Below, in pieces: positions 35,756-50,830 of a stretch of 64,000 bases of DNA. The stretch lies in assembly GCA_951406725.2 (NCBI GenBank), contig OX597815.1, positions 107,942,001-108,006,000 on the forward strand. The letters run 5' to 3'. Both the position numbers and the translations under genes were made by a program. The DNA is from Octopus vulgaris (taxonomy: Eukaryota). The stretch's first letter is position 1. The number at the start of each line of letters is the position of its first letter. The notes below the pieces were generated by a model, which saw only the letters and a program-made list of their open reading frames with translations, ran no database searches and was not told where the DNA came from.

Positions 35756-38179
35756 CATGCTTTGAAAAACTGTGGTAGGGTAGCAATTGCTAGAAACAAA
35801 TACTGTGCTAAATGCTATACAATATCTACTTTTCTTGTTTGCTTGGTAAAAAGTAGAATATTTGAAAAGATGACTTGTGATATTTAACTGTGATTATGCT
35901 TCTTTATGTTTTAAGTTCTAAATCCCTTTGATGTCAATTCTGACTTTCATTTTTCCAAAGTCAGTAAAATAATGCATCAGTTGATGTGCCATTGTTACTT
36001 ATCAATGCTTAATTTCATCTCACTCTATTCCAGAAAAGGTGCACTTTGCCTTCATTTCATCAAGTTGGCAAAGTGAGATCAATTCAATGAAATATATTCC
36101 ATTCATAGAAATCTGTAGCCTCCTGTCAATTATAAAAATACCATTACCTAATTAGCATTGTCTTTTTTTTTGTTTATTTGAGGATTGTGTTTTTGATTTT
36201 TGTTGAAGACTGTGCCTTTAACTGGTAATACTGTCAAATGGCCCTTTTTTGTGTTTTCCAGTCATCTCTGACCTCCTCCAGAACAAAGTCAAGGATCATA
36301 AACTGTCGGAACTGAAACAGAATTTCTTTTACTACAAGACTTTGAACAGAATATTTTGAGTGAGAAGTTGTCAACCATCTGAAACAATCATTAAAAGATT
36401 GTACAAAAACAAATGAATAATAAATGAATAAATATATAAATAAACAAATGTTTGCCAGAACCACATTTTGATTGGCTGGACTGACACTTGTATCAATTAA
36501 AAATACTTTTTGAAGATAGAAGACTTGTTATTTTCTCTTGTATGTGACAATGCTTTAAAAAAGACATATGCTTCAATACACTTCCTTCTAATTTCCTTTA
36601 GTCTTCCTTTTATATGAATTCTTCAGTTCTTTAGTGTCCAATCCATAACAAGAGAACAAAACTAAGATATTGTTTCAGTAGGAGATAAAGACAGAATTTG
36701 ATTTCCTGTTTACCATGGATAAAAAAGAGAAACAAAAGCAAAAAAAGAAACAATAAAAAAACAATATCAACATGAAGAAAAAAGAAGCTAGTATTATTAG
36801 GAAAAATACATAAAATGTATCTAAGACAAAAGAATAAAACTTTTGGATGTCACATGTTTAGAGGGAAAAATAGCAAAAAACAGAAATCTTTATTTTTCAA
36901 TTTCTAAAAATATTTCGATATGAAAGAATTATGGAATTAAGTTCAAGCTGTGTCTTAGTTAAATTGCTATTATATAATACACATTATTCTCTTTACTTCA
37001 CAATACCACCCTGATAGCTTTCAGGGTGCAGTCTGACATAAACTATTGATTGGTTAGTGTTTACAAGGGTACTCTTTACTTTGCTCCAAAAATCTGTATG
37101 CAAATGCTTAATGTGTAAAACTATCTAGCTAAATAATTTGTTTGAAGCACTAACATGGTTAACACAGCCAGATTACGACTAGTTTGTATTGAATTTGAGC
37201 ATTATTCAACTATAACACCTTTTAACATATATCTGATATTAGGAGAGGTAAACATTGCTTAACTCAACAACTTTAAATCTAAATGTGGTTTTATTAGACC
37301 TCTTCATCAAAGCATTGTCATTCATGTCAAAGAAGATAGAAAATTATCTATAGTTATATAACTATGTACACATGCTGATCTGGTTCTGGTTAAACATAAA
37401 GTATTGAGGAAATAACCTTGAGATATCATTCACTTGGAAAATAATTAGTGAAGTATGCACTAGCATATTTAATGTGGTAAGCATGATAATTTCAATTAAT
37501 CAAGATATACCCAGAATGAAGAAAGTTAAAACATTGTTTTACAATACTTAATTAAAGCAAGCAAAGTGAGGACACAAACTCAAAATCATTTAGAAAGCAA
37601 TAAATAAATAAAGAGAACTTGTGATATGGGTTTCCATATCAGTCTCAATTAATTACAACTGTAAATAAGTAATTAGTTGTATTCTCTTGTGTGCCATTAA
37701 TATGTTTTATCAATCATCTCTGATGATAAATTTGGTCATGAAGTATTCTACATTTGAGGCATGTTTGTAACAATATCTCTTCCCACATTTGAATAAGACA
37801 TGACTTGAATTTATTTTTTGATGTTTAGGAAAGTCTTGTCACAAGATGGAGATCTACCAATGCCAAGAATTTGAATACACAAGGTATACATAACAAAATA
37901 ATTCCTTTGGAAGACTATACTATTGGATTACTTCCAGTGCCATTAAGAATAGCAATGTAGTGGTTTTGAATTGTAAATCAGTATGAGAATAGATTGCCAA
38001 TTATCTTGGAGTCTATCCTGTTGGTTTGATATAATCCTTTAAGAACAGGTGTCATCAGTAATGGATTCTGGTTGTCATATTTTTGTATAAATTATAAAAT
38101 TTAATTTAAAATTAATTTCTATTTTTGTAATTTCTTTTATGCCCATGAGACAGGATCAAACATTAATTATAATACATAA

Positions 38180-38435
38180 AGTGATAAGAAAGCTGAACTG
38201 GAACAGACATGTCATATGTATATGGAATGACAGTTGTGTAAAGAAGTGACAAGCAAACCAAATGGAAGGAATCTGTAAAAGAGGAATACTGAGAAATACA
38301 TGGGTAGATGTATTGAATGCTGATTTCAGTTCACTGAACTTCACTAAGGAAGTATTGAGTGACTGCAATAAGTGAAGTGATGCAAGTATGGAATAAACCT
38401 ATCCAACCCAAGCAAGCATGGGAAAACAGACTTGG
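38180..38435 (+). mobile_element. Old RTE-LINE C-terminus with short family-A-like tail
   Basis: KLNWNRHV..DSCVKK..MEGICKRGILRNTWVDVLNADF resembles RLRW.GHV...VEG...RGRPRKTW; ends tccaacccaagcaagcatgggaaaacagac. Confidence 0.7.
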
Positions 38436-39338
38436 AAATATCAATAGCAATGCAAAGACAGAACACTGTTTGAGTAAACAACTTTGTGTATCTATAATAT
38501 TTCCATATTTCTCTCTTCTGTGGTCAAACCACTCAGGGTTCATTTTTGATAAGTAGACAAAAATGCACCTGCAATATATTGGTTTCAGATTTTGGCACAA
38601 GGCCAGCAATTTCAAAGTTGAGGTAAGCCAATTACATTTACTCCAGTGCTCAAATGGTACTTGTTTCATCCACCCATGAATGGATGAAAGGCAAAGTCAA
38701 CTTTGCAGAATTTGAACTAAGAACATAAAGATGGATGAAATTCTGCTAAGTATTTTGCCTAGTATGCTAACGATTCTGCCACCAGCTCACCAAATTAATA
38801 CATTGAGGTTAATTCAAGTGAATTTTTACCACTACTCTATACATCATGGGTTTTCTACACAGTTGAAAAATCAATAATAAAAAAATATATATGGCTGAAT
38901 GACTGAAATTGATAAAATACAACACCAGGCAAATACTGGAGCTGATATAATATTCCTATAAAACATCCTAAATATGAATGGAATTATAAGAGAAGACTTA
39001 CGAAGGCTAAGATATTCATAAATTCTAAAAGCAACAGGTTTGTACTCTGTTTCATATTACCACATTTGTCAGATAATACATAAGAAGAAAAAAATCTGAA
39101 GACAATTTATTTATATTTTATTTATGCTTTACTTATATATTGTACATACTTTTTAATGTCTTTGTAATTTTCCAAATAAAATAGGTGATTAAAAAGTAAT
39201 AAAAAAAGAAAACTTTTTCTATCTTCATATTTCTTGAGTTCTTTGTTAACTTTTTGTTTAGATATTTTTTTGCTTTCTGAGTTTGTCTTGTTTCCAGTTA
39301 TCCATAAAGAGATGACAAGCACTAAAAGTATTAGTTGC

Positions 39339-39353
39339 AATAATAATAATAGC

Positions 39354-39412
<59 letters not shown>

Positions 39413-39434
39413 TAATAATAATAATAATAATAAT
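39339..39434. repeat. (AAT)n microsatellite
   Basis: Direct reading. Confidence 0.95.
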
Positions 39435-40779
39435 AGGTAAAAAGAATAGTAACAACAATAAATTAAAATCATATATTTTATTTAATGTTAAATTTATCAT
39501 GTAAAGATTAATACAACGCTTTGAATTTTTATCAAAGGTTTGTGATGAAGTTAAAAAAAGAAAACAAAAATGATACATGGAAATTTATATATTCATGAAA
39601 AAACACTTAGGAATAGACATTCAACCAGAACTGCAAAGGAAATAGTAGTAGCTAGTCATCACCATTGTCATCGTTGTCATCGTTATTGTTGTTGTAGTCA
39701 TCATCATCATCAGCACCACTACCACCACTGCCGCCACTGCCGCTGCCATCATTGTTGTCATCACCACCAGCATCACCCCAACATCATCATCATAACTACT
39801 ACTATGATTATGTAGTAGTTGTAGTAGTAGAAGTAGTATTAGTAGTAGCAGCAGTAGCAGGAATGGTAGTGGTACTGACTTTGCTTCATTTACTTTTGAT
39901 AAATTAAGAAACAATTTGTAGTTGATATCTTGAGTTTACCATCACTGTTAAAAGAAGATAGACTATGTTATTATTGTTGTTATTAGTTGTGGTAATGTTA
40001 TTCTGAAATATATATTTTTTCTCCTTTTATTATGTTTCTAAAACCATAATTGCTTTAAAACGAATTTTTATTTATTTATCTATTAATTATTATTTTTTAT
40101 TTTTTACCTTCCCTAGTCTTCATTCAATGTGACTATGATAATGGACAGGAGTTGTCAAACTAACTGATAAGATTAAGTTCTTGAAATAAAGTAAATAAAA
40201 AATACAACAGCAACAACAACGATGATGATAATAATGGTGATGATGAATAAATAAAAATTAGAATAAAAGAAGGAAACAGTCAACTCATGATATTGAGAGG
40301 AGAGAAGTAAATAAAAGTAAAAATCTAAGCATTGATCATATCAGTCAAAATTTTTATCAGTTTAACAGCAAAATGAAAATGAAATGATTATATAGATAAA
40401 AAACATGTTGGACATTTTCATTTGGTTTCGCTTCATATTATATTGTAGAATAATGGAACTGCCTCCTGGTAATTGATTGAGTGTTGTCCAAAATAAGAGT
40501 GCCAGGTTGCCATGTTCAATCGTTTCAAGGTAAATAACCATTTAGTTGTCATTTCGTAAAAGGTTATTATTAATATCATTTCGTTTCTAAATTGGAATAT
40601 GGTTAAAAATTTGTAAGAGACATGTATTGTAGATTGACTAGTCTCCCATGTTTGCTTTGCATTTATTTTACGAAAATCCTGGAGGAATAAGCTTATGAAG
40701 GAGGTTCTAAGTAGTTGCCCAGCCTGAAAAAAAAAGTAGAATCTAAAATTCCACCTACCACCTTAAAGAAGAGGAAATA

Positions 40780-41168
40780 TTCTTTTCTACGCTAGGCACA
40801 AGGCCCGGAATTTTGGGGGGAGGAGGCCAGTAGAATAGATCGACCCCAGTATGCAACTGGTACTTAATTTATCGACCCTGAAAGGATTAAAGGCAAAGTT
40901 GACCTCTTCAGAATTTGAACTCAGAACATAAACAGACAAGATACCTATTTCTTTACTACCCACAAAGAGCTAAACACAGAGGGGACAAACAAGGACAGAC
41001 AAACGGATTAAATTGATTACAATGACCCCAGTGCGTAACTGGTACTTAATTTATCGACCCCAAAAGGATGAAAGGCAAAGTAGAATTTGAACTCAGAACG
41101 TAGCAGCAGACAAAATACCACTAAGAATTTCAATTGGCGTGCTAATGTTTCTGCCAGCTCGCCACCTT
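40780..41168 (-). mobile_element. Dimeric SINE family B (two bodies with different tails)
   Basis: Two gaccccagt..caactggtacttaatttatcgaccc..aaagga blocks joined at ...gatacc|tatttctttactacccac; second unit matches 9858-10090. Confidence 0.82.
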
Positions 41169-41664
41169 AAGAGAAGGACATATTGCTAAAATTGTAGGAG
41201 AAACATATATTTGTTTAGTTTTAGTATATGTTTGACTATTATTTCATCCAGTCAGAAATAAAAGTAAATATCATCCACTAAAAGTAGGAAAAGAAAACTT
41301 GGTAATATTTGCGACCATATAACTTATTTTATAAGTGTGTTTCTCCCAAAACATAAGATGCATTCTAATTTCGGTGTAAAAGCATGAGAAAAATATTAAT
41401 GCATTGAAAACAAATCCAAAACTGGTAATAAAAGAAGCTGATAAAGAGAAGTACTGTTGTTGAATTGGATGTAGACTACTATAAAAATCTCATGCTATCC
41501 ATACTTGATGACAACAGCAGTTACGAAAAAATTAACAGCTACAGGGTATTCAAGATAAATTTGATAGTTTGTGTAAAAGGAAAAGAAAAAATACAATATC
41601 CCATCTATAAATAAATGTATTTTAAGAGCAATTTTTAAAATAACTAGTTTATGGCTGCGAGATA

Positions 41665-42417
41665 ACAGTTTACACAAAGTCGTCACCCTCAGCTTCCACT
41701 ATAGCCTGAAGACAGCTCTGGAATCTGGCACATGCATTACTCATTGTAACTCTGGGAAGATCTTTGAATATATCCTTGATCTTGGCTACCTTGGTGTTGT
41801 AGGAAGAATGGTTGGTGTCTTTCTCAACTGTGCACCACACATAGTAATCCATGGCATTAAATTCAAGGGAATTAGAAGGCTAGAAACTGGAGATGGTGAA
41901 GTATAGAAACCACTCCAACAGCTACTTCTAATTCTTTACAGAGGTATGGCAAGGAGCCAAATCTTGCTGCCACACATATGGCCCTCTAGCAGCAACCCTC
42001 TCCTTCTAAGGTTTGACAACAGTCTCCAGCTGTTTCACATTACTGTCTGAATGGAGCCTGAGGCTTTGTAAAAAACAGGCAGGATGATGTCACCCTTACC
42101 AGAAACACTCTCAAAACCCATCACAGTTTGGGGTAACTTGATTTTCATGATGTCCATGTCATGTCCTACAGCATTTGCCGTGTTCCCAGAATATTGAGCA
42201 TCAGCCATGATGTTGGTATTTTGACACCTGGCATGAATCCTTATGATTCTGGCAATACTTTTCCAATGTACAAATGATTTCCAGTCCCCCATGTCAGCTA
42301 ACTTTTCCTCAACTACGACTTTAGTCTTTATGCTTAACACTGTTGACAGTTCACCAATACATTAAGCTGTTCCTCCAAAAAAGGAGACTTAAAAATCGTA
42401 AAATTTGGCCCTCTGTA
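41665..42417 (-). mobile_element. Decayed DD37D-type transposase fragment
   Basis: VAARGPYVWQQDLAPCH and PSNSLEFNAMDYYVWCTVEKDTN..ACARFQSCLQAIVEAEG; related to but distinct from 15111-15981. Confidence 0.8.
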
Positions 42418-42429
42418 TAATCAGAAAAA

Positions 42430-42840
42430 GCTATACAGGAACTTAACATCCTAGTCAATTTATACAAAAAATACTTAAGTGACAAAGAATTGGTCTATTT
42501 AACCAATTTTACATGTAAGATGGGCAATTTTTATGGACCACCAAAATCTACAAAAATAATTTTATAAAGAATGTCTATAAACGATCCCAATTTTGTTGCT
42601 TAAATGTTTTACGCTCAAACAATATAAACTTACAACTAACTGTGGCAGGGCCATCTTGTGAAACTCAGAAACTGAGTAACTTCTTAACATGTTACTATAC
42701 CATATTTGAGACATATACAGAGCTACATAAGAGATGCCCTGGATACGTTAAACTATCATCCATTTTTAATGAATGAAAGAACCTGAATAGTCTCTTTTGA
42801 TGTGGCAAACCTATATTTGAATATATCGCATGAGAATTAT
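42430..42840 (+). mobile_element. Decayed Penelope-like RT N-terminal fragment
   Basis: YLTNFTCKMGNFYG..KIYK..VAGPSCETQKLSNFL..PYLRHIQSYIRDALDTLN..VSFDVANLYLNISH across frameshifts. Confidence 0.72.
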
Positions 42841-43771
42841 ATTAGCCAAACAGGTATCTCACTTAGAAAATGTATAATGGTTCATCAACAACAAATATAT
42901 GATCCAAACACCCAAAAATTTCAACTCAGTGAGCATTTAAATAAATGAGCAAGAACTCAGTAACCAAATTTTAAACTTTTCCCACTATAACAACTTGCAA
43001 AAAATAAGACAGAACAACAAAGAACTAAATTTTTTTTATTGTATAATAAAAACTAAGTTTAAATCATAAATACTGACATCTATTTTTCACTCATTTTAAA
43101 AATTTTTATAAGATACATTTCCCCTTATATTTTTGAATAATTACAAGTATAAAATTTTATATTCCTACATGATATGAATCTAATAACATTTAGAATATTA
43201 TTCCTCTTGTTTACCCAGTGAGTCTAAAACAAAGCTACTTCTGGTAGTTGCAGTATATATTAAATGAAAACTAATAGTGAGCCATTATACATGTATGTTG
43301 CAATGAATATCTTCTGTGAGATGTGAAACCAGTTTGAAATTATGTACTTAGATGTATTTTTGTAATTATAGATTGGAAGAGCTTCATAAGGATTTGCAAT
43401 CTGTAAACTTGAAATGATATGATTGTAGTAATATGTCTTGGATGTGATATGACATTTCAGAATAGGTAACAATGTTTTTTTAAATAGTTTGATTGTGATA
43501 ATCTGCTTTGCAATGCATATTATTATATTTTGAAATGATTTGACTGTAATAATATACTCTGGACTTAGTTCACTGAAATGTAAAATGAAATGCATTTAGT
43601 TTTTTCCTATATATATATTTGTAGATGTGTGTGGTGTGTGTGTGTGTGTATGTGTATGTGTAAATGTGTGTGCATACGTGTGTGTATATGTTATATATAT
43701 ATATATATATATATATAACACATACACACACACATTACCACGTATACATGCACACATGTGTGTGTGAGTGT

Positions 43772-43814
<43 letters not shown>

Positions 43815-44866
43815 GATCAGATGGAATGTGAGTGTTTTTATAAAATAGTGTTGTAATTTGATTTTTACTTATTAGTGTGTTTAGTTATTTGTTGATACTT
43901 GTACATGCAGATAAAGAGGTTTTGTGGTTAACACAAATCTACAATCAAAACCTGTGCTTTTTAAATATCCAACTAGACTCAAGTGTTCTTGTTTCCCTGA
44001 ATTACTGATCAATCTATTTGCAGGACTGCTTATGTGCATTTGTATCAGTGTATATGTGTTTTGTGCATTTGTGTGTGTCTAGTTATGCATACATGCTAAT
44101 GTGTTTGTGCATACATGTGCATGCAAGTGTGTCTATGTGTGTGTGTGCATGTGTGCGAGCATTTTGTGTATGTACAAATTGGCTATGGTGGTTCAAAGAA
44201 TGTTGTTTTGAAGGATTTGCACTATTTTTCAATTTGATGAAAAGAGAAATTTGGGACATTAAGCAAATTTGCTTCATACCTTTCTACCACTGGATTTAGT
44301 ATATTGCTTAGTGTGTGTTATATTGTATACAGATAGGAATATAAACTGACAGGTCACTGAAGTGGCTTCAGTCAAGTGAAAATATAATTGATGTAGTTTT
44401 AGGCCAAGATATACATTTTCGTAGCAGTTCTTCACTATAAAAATATTACAGCAGAAAAGTATATTCCTTCTATATACAAAATCCATAATCACAAACATAA
44501 ATTGTTGACATGATATATTTGTTATAATTATGGATAGAACCAGCATGCTGTACTTGAACATACTTTTAACACTGAAGCAGCTCACTAAAAGACACATTCA
44601 ATCAGCATTAGTAGTGATAACAATCCTGTCTTTGTAGTGAGCATGCTGTTCAAAGATTTGTTATGATTTACAACATATATGTTTCTAAGTTTTAAAGATA
44701 GAAGTGGGTTTGTTACAGGTGACTGGCAGCTATGATATAATAGTTGAATGATTTCTTAATAACTAAACTCTTACATTACTACATATATTGAAAGTATCCA
44801 TATAGGATTGATGTAGGGGTACAAAAGGTTCTATGTGGTTGCTAAATTGTTAAAAATAGTAACCAA

Positions 44867-45285
44867 TCATCATCATCATCATCATCATCATCGTTTAACG
44901 TCCGCTTTCCATGCTGGCATGGGTTGGACGGTTTGACTGGGGACTGGTGAGATGGCTGCACCAGGCTTCAATCTGATCTGGCAGAGTTTCTACAGCTGGA
45001 TGCCCTTCCTAACACCAACCACTCTGAGAGTGTAGTAGGTGCTTTTACGTGCCACTGGCATGAGGGCCAGTCAGGTGGTACTGGCAACGGCAACGCTCAA
45101 ATGATGTTTTTACATGTCACCTGCACAGGAGCCAGTCCAGTGGCACTGCAACACCTTCGCATGAATGCTGTTTTTCACATGCCACCGGCACAAGTGCCAG
45201 TAAGGTGACACTGGTAATGATCCCATTTGAATGGTGCTTTTACGTGCCACCAGCCCTGGCAACGATCATGCTCGGATGGTGCACT
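44867..45285 (-). mobile_element. RTE-LINE 3' end (family A) with about four minisatellite units
   Basis: (CAT)n-cgtttaacgtccgctttccatgctggcatgggttggacgg and repeated ttttacgtgccac units. Confidence 0.87.
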
Positions 45286-45837
45286 AAGAGCACCAACCAA
45301 AGCTCATTGAAATTACATCTTACTCACTTAAAAAAGGAGGGGACGTGTGTACCCATGAAAATCTGGTTCTGGATGCTAAATTGTTAAAAATAGCAACTGA
45401 ATCTTCTTGAAATACATCTTACTCTCTTTAAGTAAACATAGGCTAGTGTGCTTTAAACAGGGATGACTTATGGTTGAAGAACAATAGCAACAACAATATT
45501 ATACTTATGTTTGATCACTGGAACCAATGATAAAAGTAATATTTTATTGGGCACTGCAAATTAGAGCCAGCATTAGTATCTAGTGATTGCTCATGAAAGA
45601 AATACTGAATAAAAAGCTAAAGTCAGCCTTTTATAGCATATTAAGTGGTCTCATAACCAGTGATGGAAAGAGGATCATTAGAAGTCTATGAGTTGATCAC
45701 ACATTCAGTGATTGTGTTTAATGGTTAGCCACTTCACTAATACTGATAGCAAGTTGAATAACAATATATGATTCATTTGGATACTGGTGCCTTATTGTAT
45801 TTATTGTGTGTTGATTTCTATATCTCTTAAAGACTAT

Positions 45838-46248
45838 ACTCTTTTACTCTTTTACTTGTTTCAGTCATTTGACTGCGGCCATGCTGGAGCACCGCCTTTA
45901 ATCGAGCAACTCAACCCCGGGACTTATTCTTTTGTAAGCCCAGTACTTATTCTATTGGTCTCTTTTGCCGAACCGCTGGGTAACGGGGACATAAACACGA
46001 CAGCATCGGTTGTCAAGCAATGCTAGGGGGACAAACACAGACACACAAACACACACACGCATATATATATATACATATATACGACGGGCTTCTTTCAGTT
46101 TCCGTCTACCAAATCCACTCACAAGGCTTTGGTCAGCCCGAGGCTATAGTAGAAGACACTTGCCCAAGGTGCCATGCAGTGGGACTGAACCCGGAACCAT
46201 GTGGTTGGTAGACAAGCTACTTACCACACAGCCACTCCTGCACCTATA
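45838..46248 (-). mobile_element. Full-length tRNA-head SINE, family D, with internal (CA)/(TA) tract
   Basis: Minus-strand head gcaggagtggctgtgtggtaag...ccgggttcagtccc (A and B boxes); (AGTAAAAG)-type tail. Confidence 0.88.
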
Positions 46249-47079
46249 GCGGAAAAAAGAAGTTTATATCTCTTGGATCCCCACCAAAGGTAATTGTCTA
46301 ATGGACACTAGCTTTTTGATTATGAAATTAATACTCAAGTTCATGAATTAAAATTAAGAACCATAAGTACATGAAACATATAAGTTTTAAAATAAATACA
46401 CAGATATTGTCTGAATGTTAGACTCAAAGTAAGTGAGTGCTGTAGCACACTGTACTTAGTCACAATTTACTCTTCTTTATTGCAACTATCTAACTGAAGT
46501 CAATACAAACATACATACATTTACGGGACAGAAAAGAAAATGTATATACCGTCATAAAGGTCACCTGACCTGTTGATGTAAATATCTCTTTGAAATCAAA
46601 GAGAAAGAATATAACCAGAGACAATTGTTCTGAAACCTCCAGCTTCTATATCCAGATTATAATTCATATTTATACCAACTATTATTGGTGGACTTGGTCT
46701 TGTGAGTGAATGCCTTAGTGGCAATTTGGATAAGCTAGGGTTTTCATAAAAAGAAATCAACCAATTTGCACATTACAAATACAACCTGTCAGTGGAACAG
46801 TAAAAATATGCAAAACTTTTCTCAAGTTTAAAATGTGACATTATTTTTGTTATCTACATTCTAATGGCAGAACTTTGTATCATTGTTAGAAATCAGCTCT
46901 TTCCTTGGAAGAATTTAAATCATTAAAAACAGAAGAAAACATGCATACATATATACATACATATGCATGTGTATATGTACATACATATATGCATGCATAT
47001 ATATACACATGTACACTTCCACATAATATATACACACTTGAATGTATGTGTGTTCATATACATATTTATATATAATAGG

Positions 47080-47635
47080 GGTAGGTGTGGCTGTGTAGTT
47101 AAGCATCTTGCTTTCCAACCATGCGGTCTTGGGTTCAATCCCACTAGGCTGAACCGTGCGTTGGTCAAATGCAATCTACTTCTTCTATGCTTGAAGCTGA
47201 CCAAAGTATTGTAAGTGGATTTTAGAAGATGGAAACGGAAAGAAGCCCATTATATATATATGTGATATGTATGTATATATTATATATATATATGCTGCTG
47301 CTGAGATCCCCTTCGATCATGACTGACTATGGGATTGTACCTGGAAAGTTACCCTCCCAGGCACAAGTCTGGGCAAGGTTGTTTATGGAAGACCAGCAGT
47401 CGCCCATGCATACTGGCCTCCCCTCTCCACACCACCAGTGTTATCCAAGGGAAAGGCAATGGCCGATACAGCTTGGCACCTGTGACATTGCAATTCATTT
47501 CTACAACTGAGTGAACTGGAGCAATGTGAAATAAAGTGTCTTGTTCAAGAACACAACATGCAGCCCGGTCCTGGATTCGAACTCACAACCTCACAATCGT
47601 AAGTTCGACGCTCTAACCACTGAGTCATGCACCTT
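47080..47635. mobile_element. SINE family D head (+, 47080-47250) and CORE-type SINE (-, 47300-47635)
   Basis: tggctgtgtagttaag..gggttcaatccc; gtgtcttgttcaagaacacaac..ggattcgaactc..ctctaaccactgag. Confidence 0.7.
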
Positions 47636-47660
47636 CATTATATATGTATATATATATATA

Positions 47661-48410
47661 TCAGGGGCATATGTTCCAGGTGTGCTAGGTGTGTGCTGCA
47701 CACCCATTGGAAATGGCAAATTAATTATAAATGTTGACCATACTCATTAATTTAATCACAAATCACAATGTGGAAACTTTTGTTAAAGCCCTGCTTGAAA
47801 TTTAGTGGCAGGTGTCCTGAAATAACATCGCACAGCTCACAGTACATTGTATCCTAATATGGTACCGGGCATATCATAGAATAGTGGGGGAATGGCAAAA
47901 ATTTATTGGTGAAAGGTGTGTGACAGTTTTGACAGCACAATCACATGTTCATTTTTGTGGAAAGAAGTTGTACATTTAAAATAATTTAAAATCTTAGACT
48001 AAAACTAATTATTTTTACAATAATTTTTTTCTTACAATATCATCATATAACTTTAATCTTAATTTGTTTTCAAAACTAATAATGCACTTTTAGAAGTCAG
48101 AAACAAAACTGAAAGGTTGTACATTCATGTTTTACTCAGTGAATTTTGTGATTTTCTTAGTTGCAGTGCTTAAACATTTTATTTAAATGAGGTTATCAAA
48201 CATTTTACACCTCAAAGAAGAAGATTAGAGCTTACATATAATTAATTTAAGTAAGTAAAATTATATGGTTTCTTATTTTTCAGTGTGTGCATTTATGGCT
48301 TATTAAAGAATGCTTACAATTTATAGGGAATTATTAATTCAGTTTACTTCAGTGCTATATATCTGTATCCTAGCTGAATTAAGTTTACATTATTTACGTT
48401 TTGGATCCCA
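47661..48410 (+). mobile_element. Possible decayed hAT-type DNA transposon
   Basis: Starts caggggcatatg..ggtgtgctaggtgtgtgctgcacaccc (GC-rich subterminal palindrome); remnant ERLYIHVLLSE...NEVIKHFTPQRRRLEL resembles the hAT dimerisation-domain end. Right terminus not found. Confidence 0.4.
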
Positions 48411-50629
48411 CACTTGGAATAGAAATACACAGTTTGAAGCCTACATTGAGTAATAATAATGTTAGTCATAGTATGGTCAGTGTGTACTCAATGACAACAA
48501 CCACCATATCCTACTGATATATATATATATATACACACACACATATATAAATGTATATATGTATAATGTGTGTGTGTGTGTGTGCGTTTGTGCTGACTTC
48601 CGATGATGATTGTAAATGAGTATCACCATTATACAAGCAATGTTGTTTGTATCTAATTTTCTGCACAACATATCTGGCCATAGGAAATATTACGCCCCAC
48701 CCCCACCTAATTGATCGAGGTTTATATGGAAGTATTTGTGTACAAATTATTGAGATCTTTGTCAAAGCCATGATGAAAAATCAACAAAATTCAACTTCAG
48801 AACTTCCAATGTCAATATTATCAATGCTTGGGATCTGTATGAGCCAGACTCCACAGCTAACTGAGAGGCACATTGGCATAAGTAAACATAGCCTACATAA
48901 TTTACAAGAAATTTGGAAACCTGTCACTGATATCAATAAGCAGAGGAGCAACTGCAATAACAAGTTATTTATTTAGTCATTGACTAAAAGAATAATATTG
49001 AAATTGTCAGTTATTCATAGTGGAGTTTCCCTGCTGGAAAATAGGAGAATATGCAACAAGAGAAAAATAAATTCTTGGATATGGTTCTACATTAGTTTGA
49101 AATTCAGTCAAATCAACATTTAAAGTCTGATCAAAATACAGAGATTCTGTGAGAGAACTGAGAACCTGAGTAACTAACCTGTTCAGGTTGGTGTGAGTGG
49201 GTCTGTCAATATCTAAATTATATTGACATATGTTGTATATGGACTGGCCATAAAAGTGCAGTCAGAGTGTTCCAATGTTGTGTGAGTAGTAAGAATAGAA
49301 TTGTAAGGTTTAACAATGGCAGTTGCAATCTGCAGAGCAAAACAGAAAGAAAACTCTTGTTTTGACTTCTTATCATGGTCTACATTTACACATCTCATCA
49401 GAAATATGGTAAAGTCATTCTGAGTATCATCCCACCCACCAAAACTGTGGAGAATTTGAAAACCTTAAAGACAACAATATTGATCAGCTTGCTGATGTCA
49501 GTGGCAGTGTTCAGCTGTAAATTATTATACTATATTTTAAATTTCAGTATATTTCCAAATATTTGAAGGAGTGTCTGTTAAAGTTAATAATAGATCAAAG
49601 TCCCACTATTTTTTAGAAAAATTTATGAGGAATATTGTAGGAGTTAATGCACTTCAAAAGAGTATTATTACAAGAGTGAGTTCTACTGGGAATTAACATT
49701 GGGTTATATATCTGACCTCTGTTCTATCTGCCACCAAGAGTTTATAGCCAATATTAATGTAAAAATCCTCTCTTTATAGTCAAATTGTCCAGGGAGCAGA
49801 AATAATTTACCTGTTATGTATGACTTATCTCAGCTATTATCTCTTTATTTATATATTTATTGATTTATTGATAAATATATTTATTTACTTCTTCAATTCA
49901 CCTATTCGTTTGTTTAGTTTGTACTGCAGTATTCTTAGTACTTTAAATGTTATATAATGGAAAGCCAAAAGCCTCCTTAACAGTTTTGTGTCGTCAAAGG
50001 TCATTAACTTCTGAAAAACTTGAACAGCTTGCATAGATCATGATAAAAATGAAATGTTTCACTCAGTAAGTAACTTTCATTACAGTTATCTGTAAAGAAT
50101 CTAGCAAAACTGATTTATCAATTTTCACCTCTGGCTTTGCATCTTCTTGCAATGGAAGATTATTGACAGAATAACAATGGAGATTTTCCTCCCTTTCTCC
50201 ATTAGTACAAAACCATCATCTCAAACACAGTCAGACTCAGAAAGTACTATAATTATCATCAAAATTGGTAACACATACTTCAGAAATGTCAGTAATTGGA
50301 GGGAGGAAAATGCATGAGAACATTTGAATCAGAAAAGAAAGTTTTAGAAATGAAAATAACTTTGGACCATCGTATAGGATTAGTGTCTTCTTTAAACACA
50401 TGTTTTATGGAAATGGAGATATGCTGCGATGTTACTGAAAACACTATTCTCCTATTCATGGCTGAGTAATTGCAACTAAGAAGGGTATCCTGCCATAAGA
50501 CAATTATACCAATTGTTCATAGAAATATCTGAACTGGAAGAAGTGTACATCTTAATTCTTCAATATATAATTTATCCAAAACGTTTATAACAAGTCATTA
50601 TTTCTCTCAGTAACAAACTTTTATTCACG

Positions 50630-50830
50630 CATGTATGTATGTATGTATGTATGTATGTATGTATGTATGTATGTATGTATGTATGCATGTATGTATGTAT
50701 GCATGTATGTATGAATGCATGTATGTATGAATGAATGCATGTATGTGTGTGTGTATGTATGTATGTATGTATGTATGTATGTATGTATGTATGTATGTAC
50801 GTATGTATATATGTATGAATGCATGTATGT
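50630..50830. repeat. (ATGT)n tetranucleotide microsatellite
   Basis: Direct reading. Confidence 0.95.

Noticed and set aside
46170-46248. tRNA gene
   Set aside because: A and B boxes are present but there is no convincing cloverleaf, and it continues into a SINE body.
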